From assembly GCA_016708875.1 (NCBI GenBank), contig JADJFA010000018.1, forward strand, positions 28,113 through 92,112: a DNA stretch of 64,000 nt. The letters run 5' to 3'. The DNA comes from Lewinellaceae bacterium. GTDB lineage: Bacteria; Bacteroidota; Bacteroidia; Chitinophagales; Saprospiraceae. Under the pieces are notes generated by a model. The model did no database searches, was not told the origin of the DNA, and was given only the letters and a program-made list of their open reading frames with translations. Below are positions 47,787 to 56,127 of this stretch, piece after piece (position 1 is the first letter of the stretch; each line of letters begins with the position of its first letter). The position numbers and the translations under genes were made by a program.

Positions 47787-48826
47787 ATGAAACGAATCCT
47801 TGTTATCGAAGACAATTCGGATGTCCGCGAGAATCTCGCCGAGATCCTGACCCTTAGTGGCTACGAAGCTATTACGGCCGAAAACGGCAAAGTCGGTGCA
47901 GCCAAAGCTCAGGCAGAACTTCCTGACCTCATTTTGTGCGACATCATGATGCCCGAACTGGACGGCTACGGGGTATTGCACATCCTCAGTCGGCAGGCAA
48001 GTACTACCGACATCCCTTTCATCTTTCTAACGGCAAAAGCCGAAAAGGAGGATTTCCGACGGGGCATGTCGCTGGGGGCAGACGACTATATCACGAAACC
48101 ATTCGATGATGTGGTGTTGCTGCAAACCATCGAAAACCGTTTGAAAAAGAGTGAACGGCTTCGCGTCGCCTCAGAACAGTCGAGCGGTTCGCTCGACCGT
48201 TTTATTGACGAAGCCCGAGCCATGGAGGCCATCAAACACCTTTCTGAAATCGCGAGGTGCGGCACTACAAGAAAAAAGACGTTGTGTTCCGCGAAGGAGA
48301 ACACCCGCGTTGGCTTTACTTTGTAGAAAGCGGCAAGGTCAAAGTGTTCAAAACCAGCGAAGATGGCCGCGAACTCATTGTGAAAGTGGCACAAACCGGC
48401 GACTTTCTGGGCTTTTTAGCCTTGTTCAAAGAAGATGCCTACCCGGAAAGTGCTGCCGCACTGGAAGATTGCAGCATCAAACTAGTGCCCAAGCAGGACT
48501 TTGCGGCCCTTGTATTTGGCAACCGCGATGTGAACGCCCGGTTCATCAAAATGCTCGCAGGCCATATCGCCGAGCGCGAGCAGCAACTGATCGAACTGGC
48601 CTACAACTCAGTACGCAAACGCGTTGCCACTACGCTCACCCATCTTTGCGATCAAAGTGGCCCGGTTATCCATCTGCTGCGCGAAGACCTTGCTGCCCTT
48701 GCAGGCACAGCCAAAGAAACCCTCATCCGTACCCTCACCGATTTCAAAAACGAAAACATGGTGGACATTAAAGATGGGGTGGTGACGGTGCTTAAGCTGG
48801 AGAAGCTTCGGGAGATGCCGAATTGA
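47787..48826 (+). CDS. Response-regulator receiver fused to a cNMP-binding/Crp-type HTH regulator. The frame is broken once.
   Basis: REC: 'ILVIEDNSDVRENL...DLILCDIMMPELDGYGVL...FIFLTAKAEKED...GADDYITKPF'. Crp/Fnr: 'VVFREGEHPRWLYFVESGKVKVFKTSEDGRELIV' and HTH 'REDLAALAGTAKETLIRTLTDFKNENMV'. It joins as 'HLSE|NREVRHYKKKD' if the AAA at 48247-49 is read as AAAA. Confidence 0.8.
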
Positions 48827-48833
48827 GTGGGTG

Positions 48834-49009
48834 ATTTTGATTGATGATTGATGAATACATGAGTGTTGATTTTTGATGGAATTGAAGATTGGGGTATTTA
48901 CGATGTACGATTTAGCCAACTTATCGTGATAAATCATCCATAAAACATCAAAAAATCACCCATTCCATCAACAATCAACACTCATGTATTCATCAATCAT
49001 CAATCAAAA
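48834..49009. mobile_element. Nested-palindromic MITE-like element, copy A.
   Basis: Arms 'ttttgattgatgattgatgaatacatgagtgttgatttttgatgga' / 'tccatcaacaatcaacactcatgtattcatcaatcatcaatcaaaa' match at 45/46 positions. An ~85-bp core lies between them. Confidence 0.9.
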
Positions 49010-49054
49010 TAGCCCTGCCCAAATATCTAAATATCCCAACAACTCAATCTCCCT

Positions 49055-50155
49055 ATGCGCTACGCTTTTGCATTTCTCCTCCTTGCCCATGGCCTGATCC
49101 ACCTGATGGGTTTTGCCAAAGCATTCAAATACGCAGAAATCAGCCAACTTACACAACCCATTTCGCGGACTGCTGGCGTTTTTTGGTTGCTTGCCGCAGT
49201 GTTGTTTCTGGTGGCTACCGCAATGTTTTTTCTCCAAAAAGACAATTGGTGGATGTTTGCGCTTCCTGCGGTTTTACTTTCTCAGGGGCTCATTTTTATT
49301 AGTTGGCAGGATGCTAAATTTGGCACCATCGCCAATGTGCTGATCTTGATTGCTACGATTGTTGGATATGGAACCTGGAGTTATTACAAGCAGTATAAAA
49401 ACGAAGTGGACAACGGATTGGTTGTTGCTGCCTCGATTCCCGAGTCAATATTGACCGAAGCGGATATGCAACATTTGCCGGAACTAGTGCGCAAATACCT
49501 TCGATACAGCGGAGCCGTCGGCAAGCCAAAAGTGAATAATTTTAAAGTTGAATTCGTGGGCCAAATCAGAAAGAATGAGCAGAGTGAATGGATGCCCTTT
49601 ACCTCCGAGCAACACAATTTCATGGAGCCTGCCACCCGGCTGTTTTTTATGAAGGCATCCATGAAACACCTCCCAGTGGCCGGGTTTCACCGCTTCAATA
49701 ATGGGAATGCCGATATGGATATCCGATTGCTTTCCCTTTTTAAAGTGCAATACCAGTCCGGGAAAGAAATGGCTATTTCAGAAACGGTTACTTTCTTCAA
49801 CGACATGTGCTGCATGGCGCCTGCCACCTTGATTGACAAAAGGGTACAATGGCAGGAAGCAGAAGGAAATAAGGTGAAAGCCTCCTTTACCAATAATGAC
49901 ATAACGATCAGCGCTCAGCTGTTTTTTAATGATCAGGGAGCTTTGGTCAATTTTGTTTCGGAAGACAGGTATGCTGTTTCTGATGACAATAGTTTCAAAC
50001 AACTCCCCTGGTCAACACCCTTGAAAGATAATAAAGTGATAAACGGGCATAATCTTGCAGGGTACGCAGAAACGATTTATGCTTACCCGGAAGGCGATTT
50101 GTGTTATGGTACTTTCAGGCTTTCCAATATTGAGTACAATTGCAAGCGTTTTTAA
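49055..50155 (+). CDS. Hypothetical membrane-anchored protein (4 N-terminal TM segments plus a soluble beta-rich domain; possibly DUF6544-like).
   Basis: 366 aa. 'MRYAFAFLLLAHGLIHLMGFAKAF...' gives the hydrophobic N-terminus. No motif recognised with confidence. Confidence 0.5.
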   Translation: MRYAFAFLLLAHGLIHLMGFAKAFKYAEISQLTQPISRTAGVFWLLAAVLFLVATAMFFLQKDNWWMFALPAVLLSQGLIFISWQDAKFGTIANVLILIATIVGYGTWSYYKQYKNEVDNGLVVAASIPESILTEADMQHLPELVRKYLRYSGAVGKPKVNNFKVEFVGQIRKNEQSEWMPFTSEQHNFMEPATRLFFMKASMKHLPVAGFHRFNNGNADMDIRLLSLFKVQYQSGKEMAISETVTFFNDMCCMAPATLIDKRVQWQEAEGNKVKASFTNNDITISAQLFFNDQGALVNFVSEDRYAVSDDNSFKQLPWSTPLKDNKVINGHNLAGYAETIYAYPEGDLCYGTFRLSNIEYNCKRF

Positions 50156-50164
50156 TAGCACTCC

Positions 50165-50995
50165 ATGCAGGTCACAAAATCTTCCGGGCTAACAGAAGCA
50201 TTCAATGCGGAAAAACTGCGTCGCTCCTTGCGCCGCTCAGGCGCGGATGAAGCAATCATTGAACAAATACTGGAAGACCTCGAAGGGCAATGGTACGAAG
50301 GCATCAGTACCAAGTCCATTTTCAAACGCGCATTCAAGATGCTGAAACGACGGCACCGACCCGCCGCAGCCCGATACACCTTGAAGCAAGCCATGTTCGA
50401 TTTTGGTCCCTCGGGATTTCCATTTGAAGATTTTTTTGCCGAGGTATTGAAAAGCCTTGGTTATCAGGTACAAGTACGCCAATTACTGCCTGGCGTGTGC
50501 GTCCAACATGAAATGGACGTGATCGCTGAAAACGCTGACACGCTGATTTGGGTTGAATGCAAATACCATCCAATGGCCGGGTCGGTAAGCAACATAAAAA
50601 TACCCTTGTACATCCATTCGCGGTTTCGTGATTTGGAACAATATTGGGAAAAAAATCAGGCCGGAAAAAAGAGCCAAAAAATAGAAGGCTGGATCGTGAC
50701 GAACACCCGTTTTTCCGACGACGCAATGGACTACGGACGCTGTGCGGGAATGCACTTAGTCGGTTGGAACTACCCCGCAAAAGGAAGTCTCCGGGAAATG
50801 GTAGACGAGGCAAAACTGCACCCCGTCACCTGTCTCACCCTCCTGACACGCCAGGAAAAAAACAGGCTGCTTGAACACAACATCATCCTGAGCAAAGCGC
50901 TCAGCAAACCCGGCAGATGGTCAGATTTTCTGCACCTTTCGAATGAACGCCGGGATAAGGTAATGCGGGAGGCGAGTACGCTTTGTCAAATGTGA
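50165..50995 (+). CDS. ATP-cone domain fused to an Mrr-cat-like PD-(D/E)xK restriction endonuclease domain.
   Basis: N-terminus 'VTKSSGLTEAFNAEKLRRSLRRSGADEAIIEQILEDLEG...STKSIFKRAFKML' has the ATP-cone pattern seen in NrdR/NrdA. Then 'FEDFFAEVLKSLGYQVQVRQ...HEMDVIAENADTLIWVECKYH' provides the D...E-x-K nuclease core. Confidence 0.7.
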   Translation: MQVTKSSGLTEAFNAEKLRRSLRRSGADEAIIEQILEDLEGQWYEGISTKSIFKRAFKMLKRRHRPAAARYTLKQAMFDFGPSGFPFEDFFAEVLKSLGYQVQVRQLLPGVCVQHEMDVIAENADTLIWVECKYHPMAGSVSNIKIPLYIHSRFRDLEQYWEKNQAGKKSQKIEGWIVTNTRFSDDAMDYGRCAGMHLVGWNYPAKGSLREMVDEAKLHPVTCLTLLTRQEKNRLLEHNIILSKALSKPGRWSDFLHLSNERRDKVMREASTLCQM

Positions 50996-51023
50996 ATCCT
51001 GAATTTTACGCATTCTGTGGTTT

Positions 51024-51199
51024 GTTTGATTGATGATTGATGAATACATGAGTGTTGATTTTTGATGGACATGGGTGATTTTTGATTTTTTATGGATGAT
51101 TTATCACAATGAGTAAGCTAAATCATCCATCGTAAATACCCCAATCTGCCATGTCCATCAAAAATCAACACTCATGTATTCATCAATCATCAATCAAAA
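51024..51199. mobile_element. Nested-palindromic MITE-like element, copy B, with its core inverted relative to copy A.
   Basis: Perfect ~50-bp arms 'ttttgattgatgattgatgaatacatgagtgttgatttttgatggacatgg'/revcomp. The reverse complement of the core ('cagattggggtatttacgatggatgatttagc...gtgataaatcatccataaaaaatcaaaaatcac') aligns with the core of copy A ('agattggggtatttacgatgtacgatttagc...gtgataaatcatccataaaacatcaaaaaatcac'). Confidence 0.9.
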
Positions 51200-51235
51200 T
51201 AGCCCAACAATTGCAACCGTTTTTAATATCTACCT

Positions 51236-52513
51236 ATGGACTGGCTACAATCACTTTCCGCGTACCTGAATCCCGCCCTGATCAGTCTGATCGTATCGGC
51301 TGGCATTGGCCTGATCATCGGGTTGGAGCGGGAATTCAACACCCGGGAGGATCCTGCCCATGTGGGCGGCATCCGCACCTTTGTGTTGGCCGCGATTTTG
51401 GGCAATGTGGCAGAATGGGCTTCAAATCACACGTCTCCAGTGCTGCTCATTGCGGTGTTGGCGGGTTTCTTTTTGTTGGTTTGTGTAGCCTATTATGTGC
51501 AGGCACAAAATGGAAAAATCGGTCTGACGACAGAGTTGGCTTTGTTACTGACCTTTCTTTTGGGCGTAGCCGTTTCAAAAGGCCTGATGCAGGAATCGCT
51601 GGCAGTGGTGGTGTTGATGACTGCCGTGCTGTCGCTCAAAGACGAGTTGCATGGTTTTATCCAGAAAATTACGGAAGAGGAGTTGTTTGCTTTCATCAAG
51701 TTCATCGTGCTGGCTTTGCTCATTTTGCCCATGTTGCCTACAGAACCATTCGGGCCGGACAACTTGCTGACGCCGAGGGATTTGGGATATATCGTGGTTT
51801 TGGTGCTTTCCATCAGTTTTACGGGCTATTTGTTGCTGAAATTTGGCAGTCCGCAAAAAGGCATTTTGTTGACCTCCATTATCGGAGGCTTGTTCTCCTC
51901 CACTTTAATCGCCTGGGTTTTTTCTGCTAAAAGCAGGGAACGGCCAGACCTCTCATCTGCCTATGGCTCCGGGATAGTGTTGGCGTCCACGATCATGTTT
52001 GTTCGTGTATTTATTTGGGCTGCCATCTTTGCTTTTCCTGTTGCGAAGGATTTATTTCTTCCGCTTTTGCTGATGCTCTTGGTCAGTTTGGTACCTACCT
52101 GGAAGGTGCTTCGAGATCATAAAAAGGAAGAGGATGCCGCCCCGCTCATTCCCGGCAATCCATTGGACATCAAAAACGCCATCTTTTTTGTATTTCTTTA
52201 TATTGGCATCACCTTGCTCATGTCGGCTTCCCGCCAATGGCTCACCCCGGCAATGACCTATCTTTCTGGTGCGGTGGCGGGCATTGCCGACATTGACGCC
52301 ATTTCTATTTCCACCGCAAAATGGGCGAGCACTACTATCGGACAAACCCGCGAAGCCGCCATCATCATTTTGCTTGCGGTAATGTCCAATTCGCTCTTCA
52401 AATGGTTGGTAAGTGTATTTAGGGGCCATCAAGCTTTGCGCAAGCCTGTTGGGATTGGCTTTGGCCTGGTGCTGCTGGTGGGAACAGGATGGCTACTGTG
52501 GTGGGTGGTTTAG
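51236..52513 (+). CDS. MgtC/SapB family membrane protein with a DUF4010 extension.
   Basis: 425 aa. 'GLIIGLEREFNTRE...GGIRTFVLAAILG' is the MgtC signature. About 10 or more TM segments. Confidence 0.7.
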   Translation: MDWLQSLSAYLNPALISLIVSAGIGLIIGLEREFNTREDPAHVGGIRTFVLAAILGNVAEWASNHTSPVLLIAVLAGFFLLVCVAYYVQAQNGKIGLTTELALLLTFLLGVAVSKGLMQESLAVVVLMTAVLSLKDELHGFIQKITEEELFAFIKFIVLALLILPMLPTEPFGPDNLLTPRDLGYIVVLVLSISFTGYLLLKFGSPQKGILLTSIIGGLFSSTLIAWVFSAKSRERPDLSSAYGSGIVLASTIMFVRVFIWAAIFAFPVAKDLFLPLLLMLLVSLVPTWKVLRDHKKEEDAAPLIPGNPLDIKNAIFFVFLYIGITLLMSASRQWLTPAMTYLSGAVAGIADIDAISISTAKWASTTIGQTREAAIIILLAVMSNSLFKWLVSVFRGHQALRKPVGIGFGLVLLVGTGWLLWWVV

Positions 52514-52720
52514 AATTCAGCGGTGCATCTGAGGCCGGATTAACCTGAATTGGGCTGCATTTTCTACTTTTTAATGCAATCTTGCCGTATGGGGAAATAT
52601 CGCAGGATTTTGGCAGCAGAGGTACTGATTGGATGCCTGTTTCATTTTCAGAATCTCCACCATAACTAAAACAGCCTTGGTTCCTCCTACCTTCCATGAC
52701 CTTTGCCAAAATCACAGGCC

Positions 52721-53149
52721 ATGAAAATATATGTTTCTACACGTATGTCCATTGCTGCATTACAGCAGGCATTCAGCGAATGCTTCCCATATTTGTCGCT
52801 CTCTTTTTTCTCCAAACCTCATGACATTTACCAATCCAGTCCTGTAAAATACCTTATTACAGAATGTACCACCACGCTCGAACGTATTGAGGCACAGCCG
52901 CATAGTGCCGATGTAGAAATATTCGCTGATATGAAGGTGAGCGAACGTGAACAACCGTTCGAACAGGAATTCGGCCTTCATGTGCAAGTGCTTCGCAAGG
53001 AAGGAAACGCGTGGGAAGAGACTACACTCACAGACAATCTCAGCCTTAGTGAGCAAAACGCAATGGCTGCAGCGGCACTGGATTCTGATTTGCACAGTGT
53101 TCCGCTTTCAGAATATCACGATGCCCGAACCGAATGGTTTTTGGGCTAA
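52721..53149 (+). CDS. Hypothetical protein.
   Basis: 142 aa from 'MKIYVSTRMSIAALQQAFSECFPYLSLSFFSKPHD'. No recognised domain. Confidence 0.45.
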   Translation: MKIYVSTRMSIAALQQAFSECFPYLSLSFFSKPHDIYQSSPVKYLITECTTTLERIEAQPHSADVEIFADMKVSEREQPFEQEFGLHVQVLRKEGNAWEETTLTDNLSLSEQNAMAAAALDSDLHSVPLSEYHDARTEWFLG

Positions 53150-53165
53150 ACTCAAACCTGGCGCC

Positions 53166-53747
53166 ATGACAAAAACATCTTTTACCTTACTTGCAGTCAT
53201 TTTTTCCACTTTCATTTTGCTTGAAAGTTGCTCTCCTTTCTCCAAGGTATATTCCGAAGAGGAGCCGGGCATAAACCTCAGCAAATACCATACTTATCAC
53301 TGGTTGGATAATACCTCTGCCAAAGCGGGCAATGCCGGGCCGGAATGGCTGGCAGGGTCAACGCAAGGCAAAATCCGTGCTGCTGTCGAGGAACAATTGG
53401 GGCATTATGGCTTGAAGCCCTGCGACGAAAAACCCGATTTGATGTTGCATTACCATGTAGTGATAAAAAACGAGGTGTTGTATGTCCACGACTGGTCATG
53501 CGAAGGCGTATTTGAGGGTCCCGGTCAATATGAGCGGTGTCACCGTGTGCTGCCCGTACATTACCGCGAAGGCACGCTTATTCTTGACTTTATTGACACC
53601 AAAAACGGCAATCAGGTTTGGCGCGGTGTGGCGGTAGGCGTGTTGGAAAATTTAAGGCCCGAACAGGCCGATGCCCGCATCAAAGCAGCCGCCGAAGCGA
53701 TTTTTACAAAATATCCGGAGAAACCGATTCCTAGTATTATTCAGTAA
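53166..53747 (+). CDS. DUF4136 lipoprotein.
   Basis: Lipobox 'FILLESC'. 'KYHTYHWLD', 'DLMLHYHVVIK' and 'GTLILDFIDTKNGNQVWRGVA' match the DUF4136 pattern. Confidence 0.7.
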   Translation: MTKTSFTLLAVIFSTFILLESCSPFSKVYSEEEPGINLSKYHTYHWLDNTSAKAGNAGPEWLAGSTQGKIRAAVEEQLGHYGLKPCDEKPDLMLHYHVVIKNEVLYVHDWSCEGVFEGPGQYERCHRVLPVHYREGTLILDFIDTKNGNQVWRGVAVGVLENLRPEQADARIKAAAEAIFTKYPEKPIPSIIQ

Positions 53748-53755
53748 TATTAAGC

Positions 53756-54867
53756 ATGGAACAAGATGCTGTCATCCAGTGGCTGTTGAGTGGGGATATT
53801 TCCATTCAATATCAGGTTTATCGCGACTTGCTGTGCACAGACAAGCCGGATTTTCAGCATCTGATAAAAAGTGAAGGCTGGGGGAATCAATTACTTTCCA
53901 AAAGGTTGGAAAACGGTCACTGGGGGCAACGTTTTTATCAACCCAAATGGACTTCTACCCACTACACCTTGCTTGATTTAAAAAACCTGGCGATTGATCC
54001 AGAGATACCGTGCATTCAGGAAACGCTGAAATTGATTTTTCGGGAGGAAAAAGGCCCCGATGGGGGCATCCGGCCAATAGGAAGTACAATGAAAAGCGAT
54101 GTTTGCATCAATGGCATGTTTATAAATTATGCCTGTTATTTTCAGGTGGAAGAAAGCGACTTGAATTCTGTGATAGATTTTTTGCTATCCCAGCACATGA
54201 AAGATGGTGGTTTCAATTGTTATTCAAATCGAAAAGGCTGCGTCCACAGCTCCTTGCATACTACCATATCAGTGCTTGAAGGATTTTAGAATACGCCCGC
54301 AATGGATATACCTACCGATTAAGTGAACTGCTTTCCGCAGCAGCAGCCTCCCGGGAATTTATCCTTATGCACCGTCTGTATAAGTCCGATAAAACAGGCA
54401 ATATTATAGATCCTAAAATGACAATGCTTTCTTATCCCTGCCGATGGCGGTATGATATTTTGAGGGCTTTGGATTACTTTCAAAATGCCGGTATCGCCTG
54501 GGATCAAAGGATGGAAGACGCCATAGAATTGCTTTTGAAAAAACGATCCAAAGAAGGCACTTGGCCGCTCCAGAACAAACATCCCGGCCAGACGCATTTT
54601 GAAATGGAAAAACCCGGGAAGGCAAGCAGGTGGAATACATTGAGAGCCTTGAGGGTCTTGAAAAGGTATGAAATTCTGCTAAAAGGTCTGAACAACCGGG
54701 TGCGGCGGGGGGGGGGTGGGGGGGGGGTTCCGGGGGGGGGCGGCCGGCGTGGGCGTCCATTTATATGGCCGGTAGTGGGCGTTTGGGATCCCTTGATGCC
54801 GTTTTATATTTTCATTGCTACAGGCGGGTTTATTTTCCTGTGGATTTATCTAAAGAACTTGGAATAA
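53756..54867 (+). CDS. Hypothetical alpha/alpha-toroid (prenyltransferase/terpene-cyclase-like repeat) protein. The frame is broken once and the 3' end runs into a poly-G tract.
   Basis: 'NGHWGQRFYQPKWTSTHYTLLDL', 'KDGGFNCYSNRKG' and 'KEGTWPLQNKHPG' are toroid-repeat-like. ORFs 53756..54289 and 54367..54867 join as 'SVLEGF|LEYARNGYTYRLSELL' if the T4 at 54284-87 is read as T5. The true stop is uncertain because of the G-runs at 54707-54740. Confidence 0.55.
54698..54753 (+). other. Extreme G-tract (G10-T-G10-TTCC-G9...).
   Basis: 'cgggtgcggc gggggggggg t gggggggggg ttcc ggggggggg cggccggcgtggg'. Confidence 0.9.
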
Positions 54868-54869
54868 GT

Positions 54870-54877
54870 TAACTTTG
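54870..54877 (+). promoter_or_regulatory. Candidate -7 box (TAACTTTG).
   Basis: Exact TAnnTTTG, 6 nt upstream of the ATG at 54884. Confidence 0.35.
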
Positions 54878-54883
54878 CTTTTG

Positions 54884-55984
54884 ATGACAAATTCGCATAT
54901 TTTGAGATATTCAACGATCGTATTTATAGCCGCACTGCTCCTTTCCGCCTGTAAAAAGGAACCCGAAAAAACCCAGCCCGTCATGGAGCGCATCACCGAA
55001 TCCGTCTATGCATCGGGCATCATAAAAAGCAAAAAACAATATCAGGTTTTTTCCACCGTGGGTGGCCTGATCCAACAGATACTGGTCAAGGAAGGCGATG
55101 TGGTCAAAAAAGGAGATGCGCTGTTTGTCATTCAAAGCGAAACCTCCAAACTGAACACAGAAAACGCTAAACTCTCCGCTGATTTTGCCGATTTGAATAC
55201 CAGGGGGGATCGCTTAAATGAATTGAAAAGCGTCATAGAAACCGCCCGGAGCAAAATGCTCAACGATTCGCTGTTGCTCTTGCGCCAACGCGGACTCTGG
55301 GCGCAACAAATCGGCTCAAAAGTGGAATTGGAACAACGGGAATTGGCCTATACCAGTTCAGTAAATAACTACGAGTCTGCCGTTCTTCGATACAAAGACC
55401 TGCAAAAGCAGCTCAAATTCGCCGCCGCTCAATCCCAAAAACTACTTTCCATCAGCAAAACCCTCGCACAGGATTTCATCATCCGAAGCCAAACGGACGG
55501 ACGTGTGTACAGCATCTCCAAAGAATTGGGCGAAATCGTGAACATCCAAAGTCCGGTGGCCATCATTGGCGATGCGGAGGAATTCGAAGCGGAATTACAA
55601 ATTGATGAAAGTGATATTGCCCGTATCCGCCTGGAGCAGCGTGTTTTATTAACGCTGGACAGTTACAAAGGGCAGGTGTTGGAGGCCGCCATTGCTAAAA
55701 TTGACCCGCTGATGAATGAACGGACGCGTACATTCACTATAGTGGCCAATTTTACCAAAAAACCGCCTACCCTCTACCCAAATTTGACCACGGAGGCCAA
55801 TATTGTTATTCAAACAAAAGAAAAAGCGATGACCATTCCAAGAGCATATCTGCTCAATGACTCGCTGGTTATTTTGGAAAACAAGGAAAAACGAAAGGTG
55901 GAAATCGGCCTGAAAGATTATATGAAAGTGGAGATATTGAGTGGCCTTTCTCAAAGCGATTTCATTCTAAATCCAACAAAATGA
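54884..55984 (+). CDS. Efflux transporter periplasmic adaptor (HlyD/MacA family).
   Basis: Lipobox 'ALLLSAC'. Lipoyl-like 'GGLIQQILVKEGDVVKKGDALFVI', a coiled-coil hairpin, a beta-barrel 'DGRVYSISKELGEIV' and 'QRVLLTLDSYKGQVLEAAIAKIDP'. Confidence 0.8.
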   Translation: MTNSHILRYSTIVFIAALLLSACKKEPEKTQPVMERITESVYASGIIKSKKQYQVFSTVGGLIQQILVKEGDVVKKGDALFVIQSETSKLNTENAKLSADFADLNTRGDRLNELKSVIETARSKMLNDSLLLLRQRGLWAQQIGSKVELEQRELAYTSSVNNYESAVLRYKDLQKQLKFAAAQSQKLLSISKTLAQDFIIRSQTDGRVYSISKELGEIVNIQSPVAIIGDAEEFEAELQIDESDIARIRLEQRVLLTLDSYKGQVLEAAIAKIDPLMNERTRTFTIVANFTKKPPTLYPNLTTEANIVIQTKEKAMTIPRAYLLNDSLVILENKEKRKVEIGLKDYMKVEILSGLSQSDFILNPTK

Positions 55985-56019
55985 ATATTTTACTTTTTAA
56001 TAAAATAACGATAGGCACC

Positions 56020-56127
56020 ATGATATTTGCAATTGTCATGTTGCATTTACTCGCAGGTTTTGGATATGCATTGTACAAAATCCAGTTTGGCTCTGATAAA
56101 AAATCGGCCCCAAAATCTGAGCAATGA
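56020..56127 (+). CDS. Candidate 35-aa single-TM micro-protein, absent from the ORF track because it is under 60 aa.
   Basis: 'MIFAIVMLHLLAGFGYALYKIQFGSDKKSAPKSEQ*'. Its stop overlaps the permease start (caATGA at 56124-56127). It lies between the adaptor and permease genes. Confidence 0.4.
   Translation: MIFAIVMLHLLAGFGYALYKIQFGSDKKSAPKSEQ

Noticed and set aside
48151-48771. 206-aa + ORF in the third frame across the REC-Crp gene.
   Set aside because: It is an R/P/Q-rich alternative frame. The other two frames carry the REC and Crp motifs.
51151-51930. 259-aa + ORF starting inside MITE copy B and overlapping the MgtC gene out of frame.
   Set aside because: It starts within the palindromic element ('MSIKNQHSCIHQSSIKI', and the same peptide is also produced by copy A on the other strand). 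The MgtC frame has the family signature.
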